A stretch of DNA of 64,000 nucleotides from Rhina ancylostomus (lineage: Eukaryota), in NCBI GenBank assembly GCA_030265395.1, contig JARFYF010000104.1, forward strand, positions 88,693,330-88,757,329, written 5' to 3'. The notes beneath the pieces were generated by a model, which was given only the letters and a program-made list of their open reading frames with translations, was not told the origin of the DNA and did no database searches. Below, piece by piece: positions 12,384 to 23,340 of the stretch; within the stretch, counting starts at the first letter, position 1; every line of letters begins with the position of its first letter. A program made the translations under genes and the position numbers.

Positions 12384-15299
12384 CTATAGTATATGGTCAT
12401 AGTAAATGTAAGCATGTTGATGATATCATTGCCAAGAGGGTTGCACGACTGCAACTGGTAGTTGGAAGGAGACTTTGAATAAATTCTCACAGCTTGTTTA
12501 AACTCCTCGTGTATTTCCGATGCATATCTTACTACAGCTTCATCAGGAACCAGATTTAACACTGAAAACAAGCGAGAGCTCCTGCAGAGTGTTGACTCCA
12601 TAAAGTAAGACAATTGTGAAGGAAACAGTATAGCCGTCTGGAGCAGCTACATAAACACTGAAGCTGGACAAACAGATCAGAACAAACCTCCTCCATTCCC
12701 ACATCCCATACCCTGCCACATTTACTCGTGAAATGTAGTGCATAATTAAACAGCAAACAAGTACAAGAATGACGCGTTGAAAATCGAATCAACAATCAGC
12801 TTTGGAGGCAAGGTGGCAGCTAACCAAAATATTCCAGCAATTCAACCTCTGATTTGAGAAAGCTGTGGTACAGAGTGTCATCTGAAGTGAAGCTGTTGGT
12901 TGTGGAAATGTGAGCTGAACAAAATTGAGTTGAGATGCAGGATTTTTATGATGACAATTCTACGGAGCTAATTAACTTTCTTTTGGCATTGTAGCCATTA
13001 CACAGGAGCTAGATCCCAGCCTAAATCTCCTCAGCCTTTGTGCTTCTGTGGGTAGAGGGATGACAAGATGGCCTTCTTCCCATTGACTGCCTGCATTAGG
13101 ACGTCCAAGCTTGGTTCTGCATCTGGGTGCACTGATTGTAGCCATCTGTGGCCCTTAAGAAGATTCCCATTTTGTGCTGAATTTGTGCTGTCATTGACAT
13201 TTGATTTCCTGCACCCCCATATGGGCATACTGTAAAGTGAAAATGGCAGGTGTGGAATGTTGCATGTTTGCCTAATGAGAATTCTCTCCCAATATGTCAT
13301 GCCTGTAGTCTATTGAAAAGACCCTTGCATTTCACTTCCCTTTCTGTGCAATCCCTTTCAATTATAACTGAATTTTAAGACTGATGTTCCAAAATCTCAT
13401 GTCCATTAACGTTTGAGTATTTGCCTGCTGCTGTATTCCTCTGGCTTTAATTTTATTCTATCCCATTTTACAAACCATTTAAAGACTCCCAGACCCAGCT
13501 GAGCTGCAGGCACAATTAGTAATCTACCTGGAAAACAATAGTTGAATAATGTTGTTTCATTAACAATTGTCAGAAATATGTTACAAAAATCAGATTGTTC
13601 TTAATCTTGCTTAGACATAGAAATATTTGTGCTTGCACCATGACTTTTGGGTATTCTTACTTTTCCCAGCGTTGCTGACTACACAACAGAAGAAATTTTT
13701 TATGTCATTGGTGAAGAATCATTTGACAGAATAATTGAAATTCCTTTAGTCTGAGGCTGTTACAGAGCATCGGACAATGTGATGGCTTCAATAACAACTT
13801 TCACTGAACTCCAATAGCATCATACAAAATGTTCAAATCAACTGTAATGTAAGTGGGAGTTATTTGCAGAGTTGAAGGAGTGTCAATCAATATTGCAGTT
13901 TATTGCTATTCTCCCAACAAATAATATTTTCTTTAAAAAAAACTTTGAAGGTCAGAAAGTGCCAAAATAATGACTTCAGCCAGTAGATGCAAAAGTAATT
14001 TAGATTACTGTATGCTTTATCTTTTGAGCATTGCGACAAAATCAATAAATCTACAAATAGTTTAATCAAATAAGAGAAAGTGGTTAACTCTTAAAACCCT
14101 TCCAAAACAGGCCTAGTAAGCCATCCAGTTGTGCAATGCTTTGTTGAGCCAGAGAAAGATGGACTACCTGGTTTTGACCTGAGCACCAAACTGGGGAAGA
14201 GTGAAGTTGCTCTCAGGCGAGTCAATCTTGCAAAATCCTTTTTACAAACAACAAGAAACAGGGATCTAAACAGGGAGTCCTCTCTGACAACTTGTAAAAT
14301 TTATCCATTTTTCAGAATAGCACTAATTGCTTGCCCCTTGCTGCCTTTGTCAAGGCTTGGTGAACATCCTTCTTGAACTGCAACTGGTGTAAGAGTCCTA
14401 CTCACAGAAACGTACCTTACGGTTAATGTGCTGGACTCCTCCAGTACAATTCCTGGGTATGTCTGGGACAGACTCCTGGAAGTTGTTGCTCAGTGGTATA
14501 CAGGTAGAAGGGAGTAGCCCATGAGGTGCCCAATATTGGCTCCAGATCCCATGTAGAGTCAAAGTAGCAGGTCAAACATGGGCAAACATGCCATTCCCTT
14601 ACGGTTGATGAACCAGTGCTCGGCCAAATTAAACAAAACTTAGCTGGAAGGATTGAAAGTTGACAAAGGGGACTGCAACCTGCATTACTGAGAGTGGCTC
14701 GGTAGCTAATGAAAGACAAACCTGCCAGAAAGGTTCTGCAGCAGAAAGTGAGTGAACAAACTTCAGGCACAAAACCTAAAGAGGGTGGTGGTCTGTGCTT
14801 GTGGCTGACAGGTGAAATTAAAGGTAGTAGAAAATGAAAGGAAGAAGCTTGTAAAATTGCCAGACAGCCTGAGGATTTGAAGCATTTTAAATCTCAGCAA
14901 AGGAGGATCAGGAAATTCATGAAGTTAGAAGATGAGAAACATACTCTAAATACTTCCATGGGGATGTAAAAAGGAAAATACCAGAGTTTGACAAATCTTT
15001 GGAATTCTCTGTCCCAGGAGTCTGTGGAGGATCAGTCATTGATTTCGCAGAAAACAGAGATCAATAGGTTTCTGGATATTAAGGGAATCAAGGGATATGG
15101 GGATAGCACTGGCAAATGAAATCGAGTTTGATCAGCCATGAACATGCATAGGAAATCAGGCTCAAAAAGCCACATGGCTTAAAGCTGCTCCAAATTCTTA
15201 CGTTATTCTGTGAAGTACTTTATGTTATCCACACTGTTCTGGCAGGTGTATCTGATAACAGTAACCTATGTACTTGAGGACACTATGCACTATCCTCAA

Positions 15300-17278
15300 A
15301 ACAGGCACACCCTCCATTGTGTTGGGTAGTACTACAATCGTGCTAAATGGGATAGACTCAAAATGGATCTAACTGCTTAAAACAGGGCATCCGTGAGTTT
15401 TTGTAGATCGTCAGCCAGAGCTGGAATGTATACCACCACAACCTGTAACTTCATGGCATACTTTATCATTACTGTCAAGTTGGGGTGTCAACCCTCATTC
15501 AACACGTTTGCAGAAGAGCATGTTGGGAGCAGTAGCAGGCACGCCTGAAAAGGAAGTGCCAACAGTGAAGCTGAAACACAGGACATGTGCACTAAGTAGC
15601 TTTCAATAAACAGAGCAAAGCAACCAACCAGGTCAAAGCTACGCAGTCCCACCTCATCTGATGGTGGTGGGCAAGAGCTAACTAAAGGAGGAGGCTTCAG
15701 AAATATTCCCAGTCACAGCAACAGCTGGGTTCAGCGTGAGTGCTAAAGAAAAGGCTGAGGCATTTGCAAACACGTTCGTCTGAAGCGCAGAGTGGATGAT
15801 GCACCTTGGCTTCCTTCTGAGATCCCCACCACCAGCAGGAGCTAGTTCAGCTCACTCCATGTGATATCAGGAAATGACTGAGGGCAAAGGCAATAGGGCC
15901 AGACAACATCCTGGCTGCAGTACTGAAAATTTGTGTTCCGTAACTAGTTGCATTTCTGCCCAAGCTATTTCAATACAGTTACAAATCTAGCATCTTCCCC
16001 ACAATATGGTAAATTGCATGTGTTCATCCTGTTCACAAAAAGTGGGACAAATCCAATCCAGCTAATTACCACCCAATTAGTCCACTCTCAAACATCATCT
16101 AAGTGATAGTAGGAGTCATCTTCTGTGCTATCAAGCAGCACTCACTCATCAATGCCCAGTTTGACTTTGGCAGGACCACATAACTCCAGATCTCATCACA
16201 GACTTGGTCCAAACATGGAGCAAAGAGATGAATTCCATAGATGAGGTTAGAGTGACTGCCTTGGACATTAAGGAAACCTTGATGAAGGGGTGGCATCAAG
16301 GTGTACTGGAAAAGCTGAAGTTAATCACATCAAGAAGAAAACCTTCCAGCAGTTGAAGCCATACCTTGCACAGAGGAAGATAACTGTAGTTATTGGAGCT
16401 CAACCATCTCAGGCACAGAACATCACTACAGGAGATCATCAGGGCATTGCCCTAGGACCAACCACCTTCAGGTATTTCATCAATGACCTTCCTTCCATCA
16501 TAAGGTCAGAATTGGGGATGTTCACTAAAGATAATGCAATATACAATTCCATTCAAAACTCATTAACAACTGAATCAATCCAAGCCTGCATATAGGGTGA
16601 TATTAAGGCATGAATAACTGGCAAATAACATTTTTACTATAAAAGTGCCAGATGCTTTGAACAAGAGATAGTCCAATGATCTACTCTTGACATTCAACAG
16701 CAGTATCCTCACCAAGTCCACTATCACCAACACCCTGAGATCACCATTGATCGAGAACTTAAATGGACAACCAATGTACACACTGTGGCAACAGGAGTAA
16801 ATCAGAGAGTTGGTGTCCTATGGTGAGTAATTTGTCTCCCAAGACCCCAAACTTTGATCAGGAATGAGATGAAATACTCTTCGTTTAGGTGGAAGACTAC
16901 AACTCCAAAAATACTCAAGAAACACAACACCATCACAGACAAAACAGCCCAGTTAATTGGAAGCCTATCTATCACATTAAACGTACCTAACAACACTGGC
17001 ACACAGTTACAAGATTCACTCCAAGGTGTCAGGCATATGGAACATCCAAACAGGGAGATTCCCCTCCAAGTCACACAGTATCCTGACTCTGCAGTATATC
17101 ACCATTCTTTTATCATAGCTGGGTCTGAATCCTGCAACTGCCTACCAAAAATCATTGTTGGAAAATCGTTCGTCACTGAATTGTGGTGGCTCAAGCTCAT
17201 CACCACCTTCTCAAGGGCAAACTAGGACGGGCAGTGACTGCTGGCCTTGTCAGTGATGCCCAGGTTCCACAAATAAAT
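15300..17278 (+). mobile_element. Old CR1/L2-group LINE: degraded ORF2 (RT) plus 3' end
   Basis: Decayed peptides GPDNILAAVLKIC..., VHKKWDKSNPANYHPISPLSNI, ALGPTTFRYFINDLPSIIRSELGMF; many stops and frameshifts; ends ...gctggccttgtcagtgatgccca..aaataaa. Confidence 0.8.
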
Positions 17279-17644
17279 ACATAGAAGTCTCACATCACCA
17301 GAATTTTCCAATACTTCCCATGAGATAAATTTACAACCAGTTAAGTTATATATTCCAGTTGCAATGCCAAAGTTAAAAATATATTTGAGCTAACTCAACT
17401 GAATGCTTTGAAATTCTAACCATCCACCAGTATCACACAATACCACAGATTTATAAGAGAGCAGGGTGCCTTGTGGTGAAACATTATCTCTTGTTTTTCT
17501 CCTCAAAGATGTGGCCTGACCTACAGAGTGTTTGCAGTANNNNNNNNNNTGGTATTATTTCAGAGTTCCAGCTACTTTTGCTTTTTGAGTGTGTTTTCAG
17601 AGAGATAAATGTCACTAGAAAAATACTCATCTTTAAAATACTGT

Positions 17645-17800
17645 CAGGTAATTTGCATCCAGTGAGAAAGGCAGATGGGTTTAGAGTCTCATCCAAAAGG
17701 CAGTATCTCTGTCAGGGCAGCATTCCCTTGGCACTGTACTCATGTATGGGTAGATATTGTGTGCCTGAAGTGGGACGTGAGCTTCTATCTCAATTGTGAG
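17645..17800 (-). mobile_element. Ancient Deu-domain SINE relic (AmnSINE1/SacSINE1-like)
   Basis: Minus strand gtacagtgccaagggaatgctgccctgacagagatactgccttttggatgagactctaaacc resembles the Deu-domain as I recall it; related relics at 38.5 and 51.7 kb. Confidence 0.55.
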
Positions 17801-17805
17801 ATCGT

Positions 17806-18117
17806 TAAGATAAGACAAGATAAGATATCTTTATTAGTCACGTGTACATTGAAACACACAGTGAAATGCATCTTTTGAATAGAATGTTCCGGGGGCAGCC
17901 CGCAAGTGTCGCCATGCTCCTGGCATCAACACAGCATGCCCACAACTTCCTAGCCCGTATGTCTTTGGAACGTGGGAAGAAACCAGAGTACCTGGAGGAA
18001 ACCCACGCAGACATGGATAGAATGTACAAACTCCTTACAGGTCGCAGCCGGAATTGAACCCGGGTCACTGTCACTGTAATAGCATTATGCTAACCACTAC
18101 ACTACTGTGCCTGCCCT
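17806..18117 (-). mobile_element. Young V-SINE, full length
   Basis: Head gggcaggcacagtagtgtagtggttagc (A-box), B-box, V-domain and (TCTTA)n tail; TAAGA occurs at both junctions. Confidence 0.92.
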
Positions 18118-18126
18118 AAGAGCTAC

Positions 18127-18198
18127 TTTCCATACCGGGAGTCGAGCCTGGGCTGACAGGGTGAAAACCAGGAATCCTAAACGCTGGACCATATGGGA
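18127..18198 (-). pseudogene. tRNA-Glu(TTC) pseudogene
   Basis: 72 nt TCCCATATGGTCCAGCGTTTAGGATTCCTGGTTTTCACCCTGTCAGCCCAGGCTCGACTCCCGGTATGGAAA, colinear with vertebrate tRNA-Glu-TTC but with about 8 substitutions, including T-loop TTC>CTC, D-loop GG>GT and stem mismatches. Confidence 0.88.
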
Positions 18199-19199
18199 CC
18201 ACTAAGACTAGCTAAGGCTATTCTGCTGTTATTCCAGACATAATCTTATAAAAACCCTGATATTGTGAGCATAATGTTTCATTGTTTTGGATATGCTTTA
18301 GCTAGGTGCAATAAATAATCCCATCAACCCATGAAAGGTTCAGCTAAAGCCATATTTTTTTTCTCAACAGATTTCCAAATAAGAGCTAAAACTTTACATT
18401 AATTGGCCAATAATTCTGGTAGGCTCAAATCAAGTTAAGCTTTCTAGAGGAGTACTGGTACCAGTTTAGCAGATTTTCCAGTCACCTTCAACATATATTT
18501 TCCCTTAGCTAGAACAAGTGTAAATATCAAATAAATGAAAAAGGACATACTCCTTTTGATATGCCCCTTTTTGCCAGATGCTTATTGCAGTAGACACTTC
18601 AGGGGTTAGTTAAGTAGTGTCCCTATATGTTTTACTGCTTACTTAACTTCCAGCAGATTTGCTTTCCAGCAGTTTGGAAATGTATCTATTTTTGCTTTAC
18701 CCTATTTCTCAGCACGATTGCTGAGTTAGCAGCTGTGCTCTCTCCCACTGCGCCACTTCACCTGGACAAAGCCTCCTAATTGCAGCTCACAGCTGATTGC
18801 AACTTCTTCTGTCCTATTGACAGGCTTTATGCACAGTTGTTAAACCCATATTTTACTTCAGCGTCCAAAGGATTTAGATCATGTAGTGAGAAGCTAATTT
18901 TGTAACATACAAGAATTTAAATGAACCCTCAGGTAATCCCTTATTAACATAACCACAGAAACTTTTAGGTCATTATGGCATTCAATAACTCCTGACTTGT
19001 ACTGCTTTATCTCAGTTTTATTTTCCTAATCCTTAATTCATATGTGCGCAAAAGTAAGAATGAACTTGACTGTTTGAAGCACCTTTTTGCAACTTCAGCA
19101 TACATCAAAGGTACCTCAAGGTCAGCAGAGTACTTTCAAAATGAAGCAGACACAGATAATTCTGGGAGGCTCACCTACTTTGGGTGGTAGATGGAACGG

Positions 19200-19400
19200 A
19201 GCTTTGGGAGGAGAGTTCTGAATGGGAAACTAGAGCATCTTGGAGGTATTGATGGTAGGTTCCCTTTTTGCAGATTTCCTGCCCAAAAATCAGCCTGATT
19301 GATGGAGTTGACAGCCTGTTTGATTATGCTGGCTGCTTCGCCAAGACAGCATGAGGTAAAGACAGAGTCCAAGGAGGGGATGCTGGATCTCTGGAATTTA
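19200..19400 (-). mobile_element. Rex1/Babar-like ORF C-terminal fragment
   Basis: ORF 19175-19372 starts MDSVFTSCCLGEAASIIK, resembling Rex1-type C-termini. Confidence 0.5.
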
Positions 19401-21499
19401 TGTCAGAGATGTGTCTGGTGGAGAGCTCATAGGGAAGGACTGAGCATTGTTGGGAGATGGACGATGATAGCTGGAGAAGATACACTGCATTCATTCATTT
19501 AGGTTGCTCTGACATCACTTCCCAAGTCCTCGTGAGTATAAGGACGATGGAAGTACCATCAACTAGTGATTCCACATCAGCTATCCTCACTTGGAAAAGT
19601 ATTGATGTTCCTTCATTGTCACTTTGGTCAAAACCTGGAACTCCTTCCTCAAGAGTACAATCCTGAAGGATTGCTGTGGTTCCAAAAGGTGGCCCATCAC
19701 CACCTTCAATTATGCTCGGGCTGTAAGCTCTGACCTTGCTGGGTACATGAACAAACTGTAAAGGAAGATATGTTGTTGGGAGATCTGGAGAGGCAGAGTT
19801 AATTGTCCGGGAAGGAGATCACAGTATAGACTGTGAGCGTGGTTGGGTTGAAATGCTGTTGCAGGGCAAAGCATAGAGATAGGAGGTGATTGGGGAGAGT
19901 CATTGATCGTGAAGCTGGGGCAGGTAAGGTTGTAAAGCCAGGGGTCACATGCTTAATTCTCCAGACCCACAATAGGTCCCGCGAATGCACTTCCCCAATG
20001 CTCCTCACTTCCTTTTGCCTGTTGTTACTGAGTCTCCTGCTTATCTGCCAATATTGGGTTGGGGTGAACTTTGAAATTTTTGAGGCTTCAATTTCCCACA
20101 TAATCCAACACATCTGTCCTTTGCAGTTGAAATTACCCCTGCAGCATCACGGATGTTACAATTTCGTGAGGCTTGCTGATGCATTTAAAATTTAGCCAGT
20201 CTCTAATTGGAAAAGTAAGTAAGCAAACCTTGACAGGTCTAATTTCAATTAACAGACTCCAGCTTGTTTTCTCCAATAAATGGAATTGTTCAGGTTTGTT
20301 GACTGTGTAAAGCAGCATGTTACAGATAAACTGCCCACTCTGTACTCACCAGATCTTCCACTTCCACCCATAAGATACCTGGGTTGATGTTATCTTGGCA
20401 GGAATCTGGTGAATCAGCAGACTAGGTTATTTTAGTTCCATTTGTGATTCGGAAATGAATGACCTGCTTAAAACAATGCCTCCGTGGTAACAACAGGATT
20501 TCCTCTGTGATACCTAGAACTGTTTTGTTCAGCCTTGGGTGCATGAAGGTTACATATTCAGAAGCAAGAAAGAACATTATGGCCCTGCATACTTCTTGTT
20601 GCTATCTAATGTTCCTAAGGATCCCAGAGTGAGAATGTAAACTTCAAAGGAATGGTTTCCAAGAAAAAAATGCCTTCTGGAGACAGGATGTAAGAAAAAC
20701 AGTACTGCTTTATTTACCTTTATATTCTGGGGGCCAGCAAGTAGACTTATTGGCGAGATATTATTAATGGTCAGCTTTATTTAAATTGTCCCAAATACAA
20801 ATTTATGTGGTTACGAAGATACAAGATGAAAGGAGCAAGTTTGTGGATCAGCAGACACCAATAGGATTACTTGCATCCACTATTATGCCACTAATAGTGT
20901 CACTTATACCATCTCTCTTGTATCACCTTGTGATGTCATGGAACTCAATCAGATCAGGATGGCAGGGAAACTTCTGTTTATTGTGATAATTAGCTGAACC
21001 GGTTAGCGTGTTGCAATGATCGACTGTGCCATATTGTCCTTCAGCTGAAAGCACCCCAACAGACAATCAAATAATCACAGAACATATGTGATCAGGAGGA
21101 CATTCAGTCAGTACCAGTTGACAATGAGCTACACAGTCTGAGCTACCTTCCAGAAATAGATCCAGGGCTCTGCAACTCACAGTTCTTCAGACACATATTG
21201 AAGTACATTTTCAATGTTATGAGTGTTTCTGCCTCTGCATGGAGACTCTCAGCTAACTGGCTGCTTAAATTACCCCTTAGTGTAGGTAAGTGGCACATAT
21301 ATTCAAAGGGGCAGTTGATGAACTGGAGTGTAAGAGAATACTTTACAGAGGCACAAGGAAATAAGGAGCAGGAGACTATGGGAATTGCTTGCCTGGGGAA
21401 CCACATGATACGCTGAATGGCCTTCCTCTGTTGTTACAAATGTAATACAAGGAAATGGGATATAAAACAGAAAAAGAGTCACCAACATAACATTGATAC

Positions 21500-22975
21500 C
21501 TTAGAGATTGAGGCTGGGGAATATAAATAGAAAGGGAAGTGGTAAAGATTTTCAAATAATTACTTAGGATTGGTCTTCACATTAGAAGACATCCTAATGA
21601 TGATAACTAATCAAGGGGCTGTAGGGAGAGGGGAACTTACCATAGGTTGCTAGGTGAAGGTCAACAAGACCCCTAGATCTGATGGCCTGCATTCTGAGGT
21701 CTTAACAGAAGTAGCCGAAGAGACAGTTTGTAATCTACCAAAATTCCCTGGATCCTGGATTGTTCTAGAGGATTGGAAAATGGCAAACGTATCACCACTA
21801 TTCAAGAAATGAGAGAGCCAGAAAGCAGGAAATACTTCCATACCTGAGCCTCTGTACCTAGCCAACCTTCTTTATACTACTTTGTATCTCCATTGATAAT
21901 ATATAGAACAGTATAGCACAGAACAGGCCCTTCAGCCCACAATGTTGTGCCAGCATAGCTAATCCCTCCTACCTACAGAATGCTCATATCCCTCCATTTT
22001 CCTCCCATTCATGTGCCAATGAGAGGAAAATGAAGGGATATCTATCCTTAAATAAGAAAAACAAAATTGTCTACAGCACTCCAGATATGATACAAAGGTA
22101 GATGGATTATTAGGTATCTGAAGAGGACACAAAGAACTTGCAAAGGTCAGATAGATTAACACATTGAGCAAGAGGTTGGCAGATAGAATACAACATGGAA
22201 AATATGAGGAGGAAGGAAGAATATAAAAGCAAATTACTACTTAAATAGAGGGATGCTACAATATATTGCAGTACAGAGGGGTCAGGGTTCCAGGTACATG
22301 AAACCCAAACAGTTAGCATCCTAAGACCAACAAATAACTAGAGAGGCTAATGGAACATTGGTCTTTATTGTAAGGGATATGGAGTGTTGAAAGCAGTCAG
22401 AATTTAATAAAACCTTGTTTTATCGAGACTGTTCTTGGACTGCTGAGTACACTGTGGTCTCCATATTTAAGGAAGAACGTGCTTGCAATGGAGGAAGTGC
22501 AGAGAAGATTCTGTTGGTTGATTCCAAGGTCAAGGGGTTGAGGTGTGAAGGAAGGTTGAACAAGGTGGGCCCACCACATTGGAGTACAGAAGAATAAGAA
22601 GTGATCTCACTGAAATATCAGGTTTTGAGGGGAATTAACTGGGTGGATGCTGAGAGAATATTTCCCCCAGAAGGTGTATCCAGAACTGGGGATCAATGCT
22701 TCAGAATGAGTCACCTATTTCAGATGGAGAACTGGAAAATTTTCTTCTCTCAGACAGTTTTGGAATTCTCTACACCAGAAAGTTGTAGATGTGGACTTCT
22801 TGGATATAATCAAGACAGAGATTGACGGATATTTATACTATAGAGGAGTCAAGTGACATGTGGAGAGTGTGTGAAAGTGGTGTTGAGGCCAAGATTGTAT
22901 CACCCATGATCTTATTAAATGGCAGAGTAGGCACAAAGAGCCAACTGGCCTACTTCTGCTCTTGTTTCTTATATT
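21500..22975 (+). mobile_element. Older CR1 LINE (deleted RT plus 3' end), with a short antisense CR1 3' end nested at about 21900-22020
   Basis: gattggaaaatggcaaacgtatcaccactattcaagaa (DWKMANVSPLFK); 3' end ...aactggcctacttctgctcttgtttcttat. Confidence 0.75.
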
Positions 22976-23340
22976 AGTCATAGAGCACTACAGCACAGAA
23001 ACAGGCCCTTTGGCCCATCTAGTCCATGNNNNNNNNNNNNNNNNNNNNNNNNNNNNNNNNNNNNNNNNNNNNNNNNNNNNNNNNNNNNNNNNNNNNNNNN
23101 NNNNNNNNNNNNNNNNNNNNNNNNNNNNNNNNNNNNNNNNNNNNNNNNNNNNNNNNNNNNNNNNNNNNNNNNNNNNNNNNNNNNNNNNNNNNNNNNNNNN
23201 NNNNNNNNNNNNNNNNNNNNAATATTTTACCTTTCACCCTAAACCTATGACCTCTAGATCTAGTCTCACCCAACCTGAGGGGGAAAGGTCTGCATGCATT
23301 CACTCTATCTATACCCCTCAATTTTGATTACCTCTATAAG
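22976..23340 (-). mobile_element. Younger CR1 3' end spanning a gap
   Basis: catagagcactacagcacagaaacaggccc terminus; ORF MRGIDRVNA...TRSRGHRFRVKG. Confidence 0.85.

Noticed and set aside
12374-12613. Protein-looking ORF (VPDEAVVRYASEIHEEFKQA) behind a ttgttttcag acceptor
   Set aside because: No recognisable family, only a weak donor, no partner exons, and it runs into a SINE head.
18127-18198. Functional tRNA-Glu gene
   Set aside because: Invariant T-loop and D-loop bases are mutated, stems are mismatched and there is no terminator; called a pseudogene.
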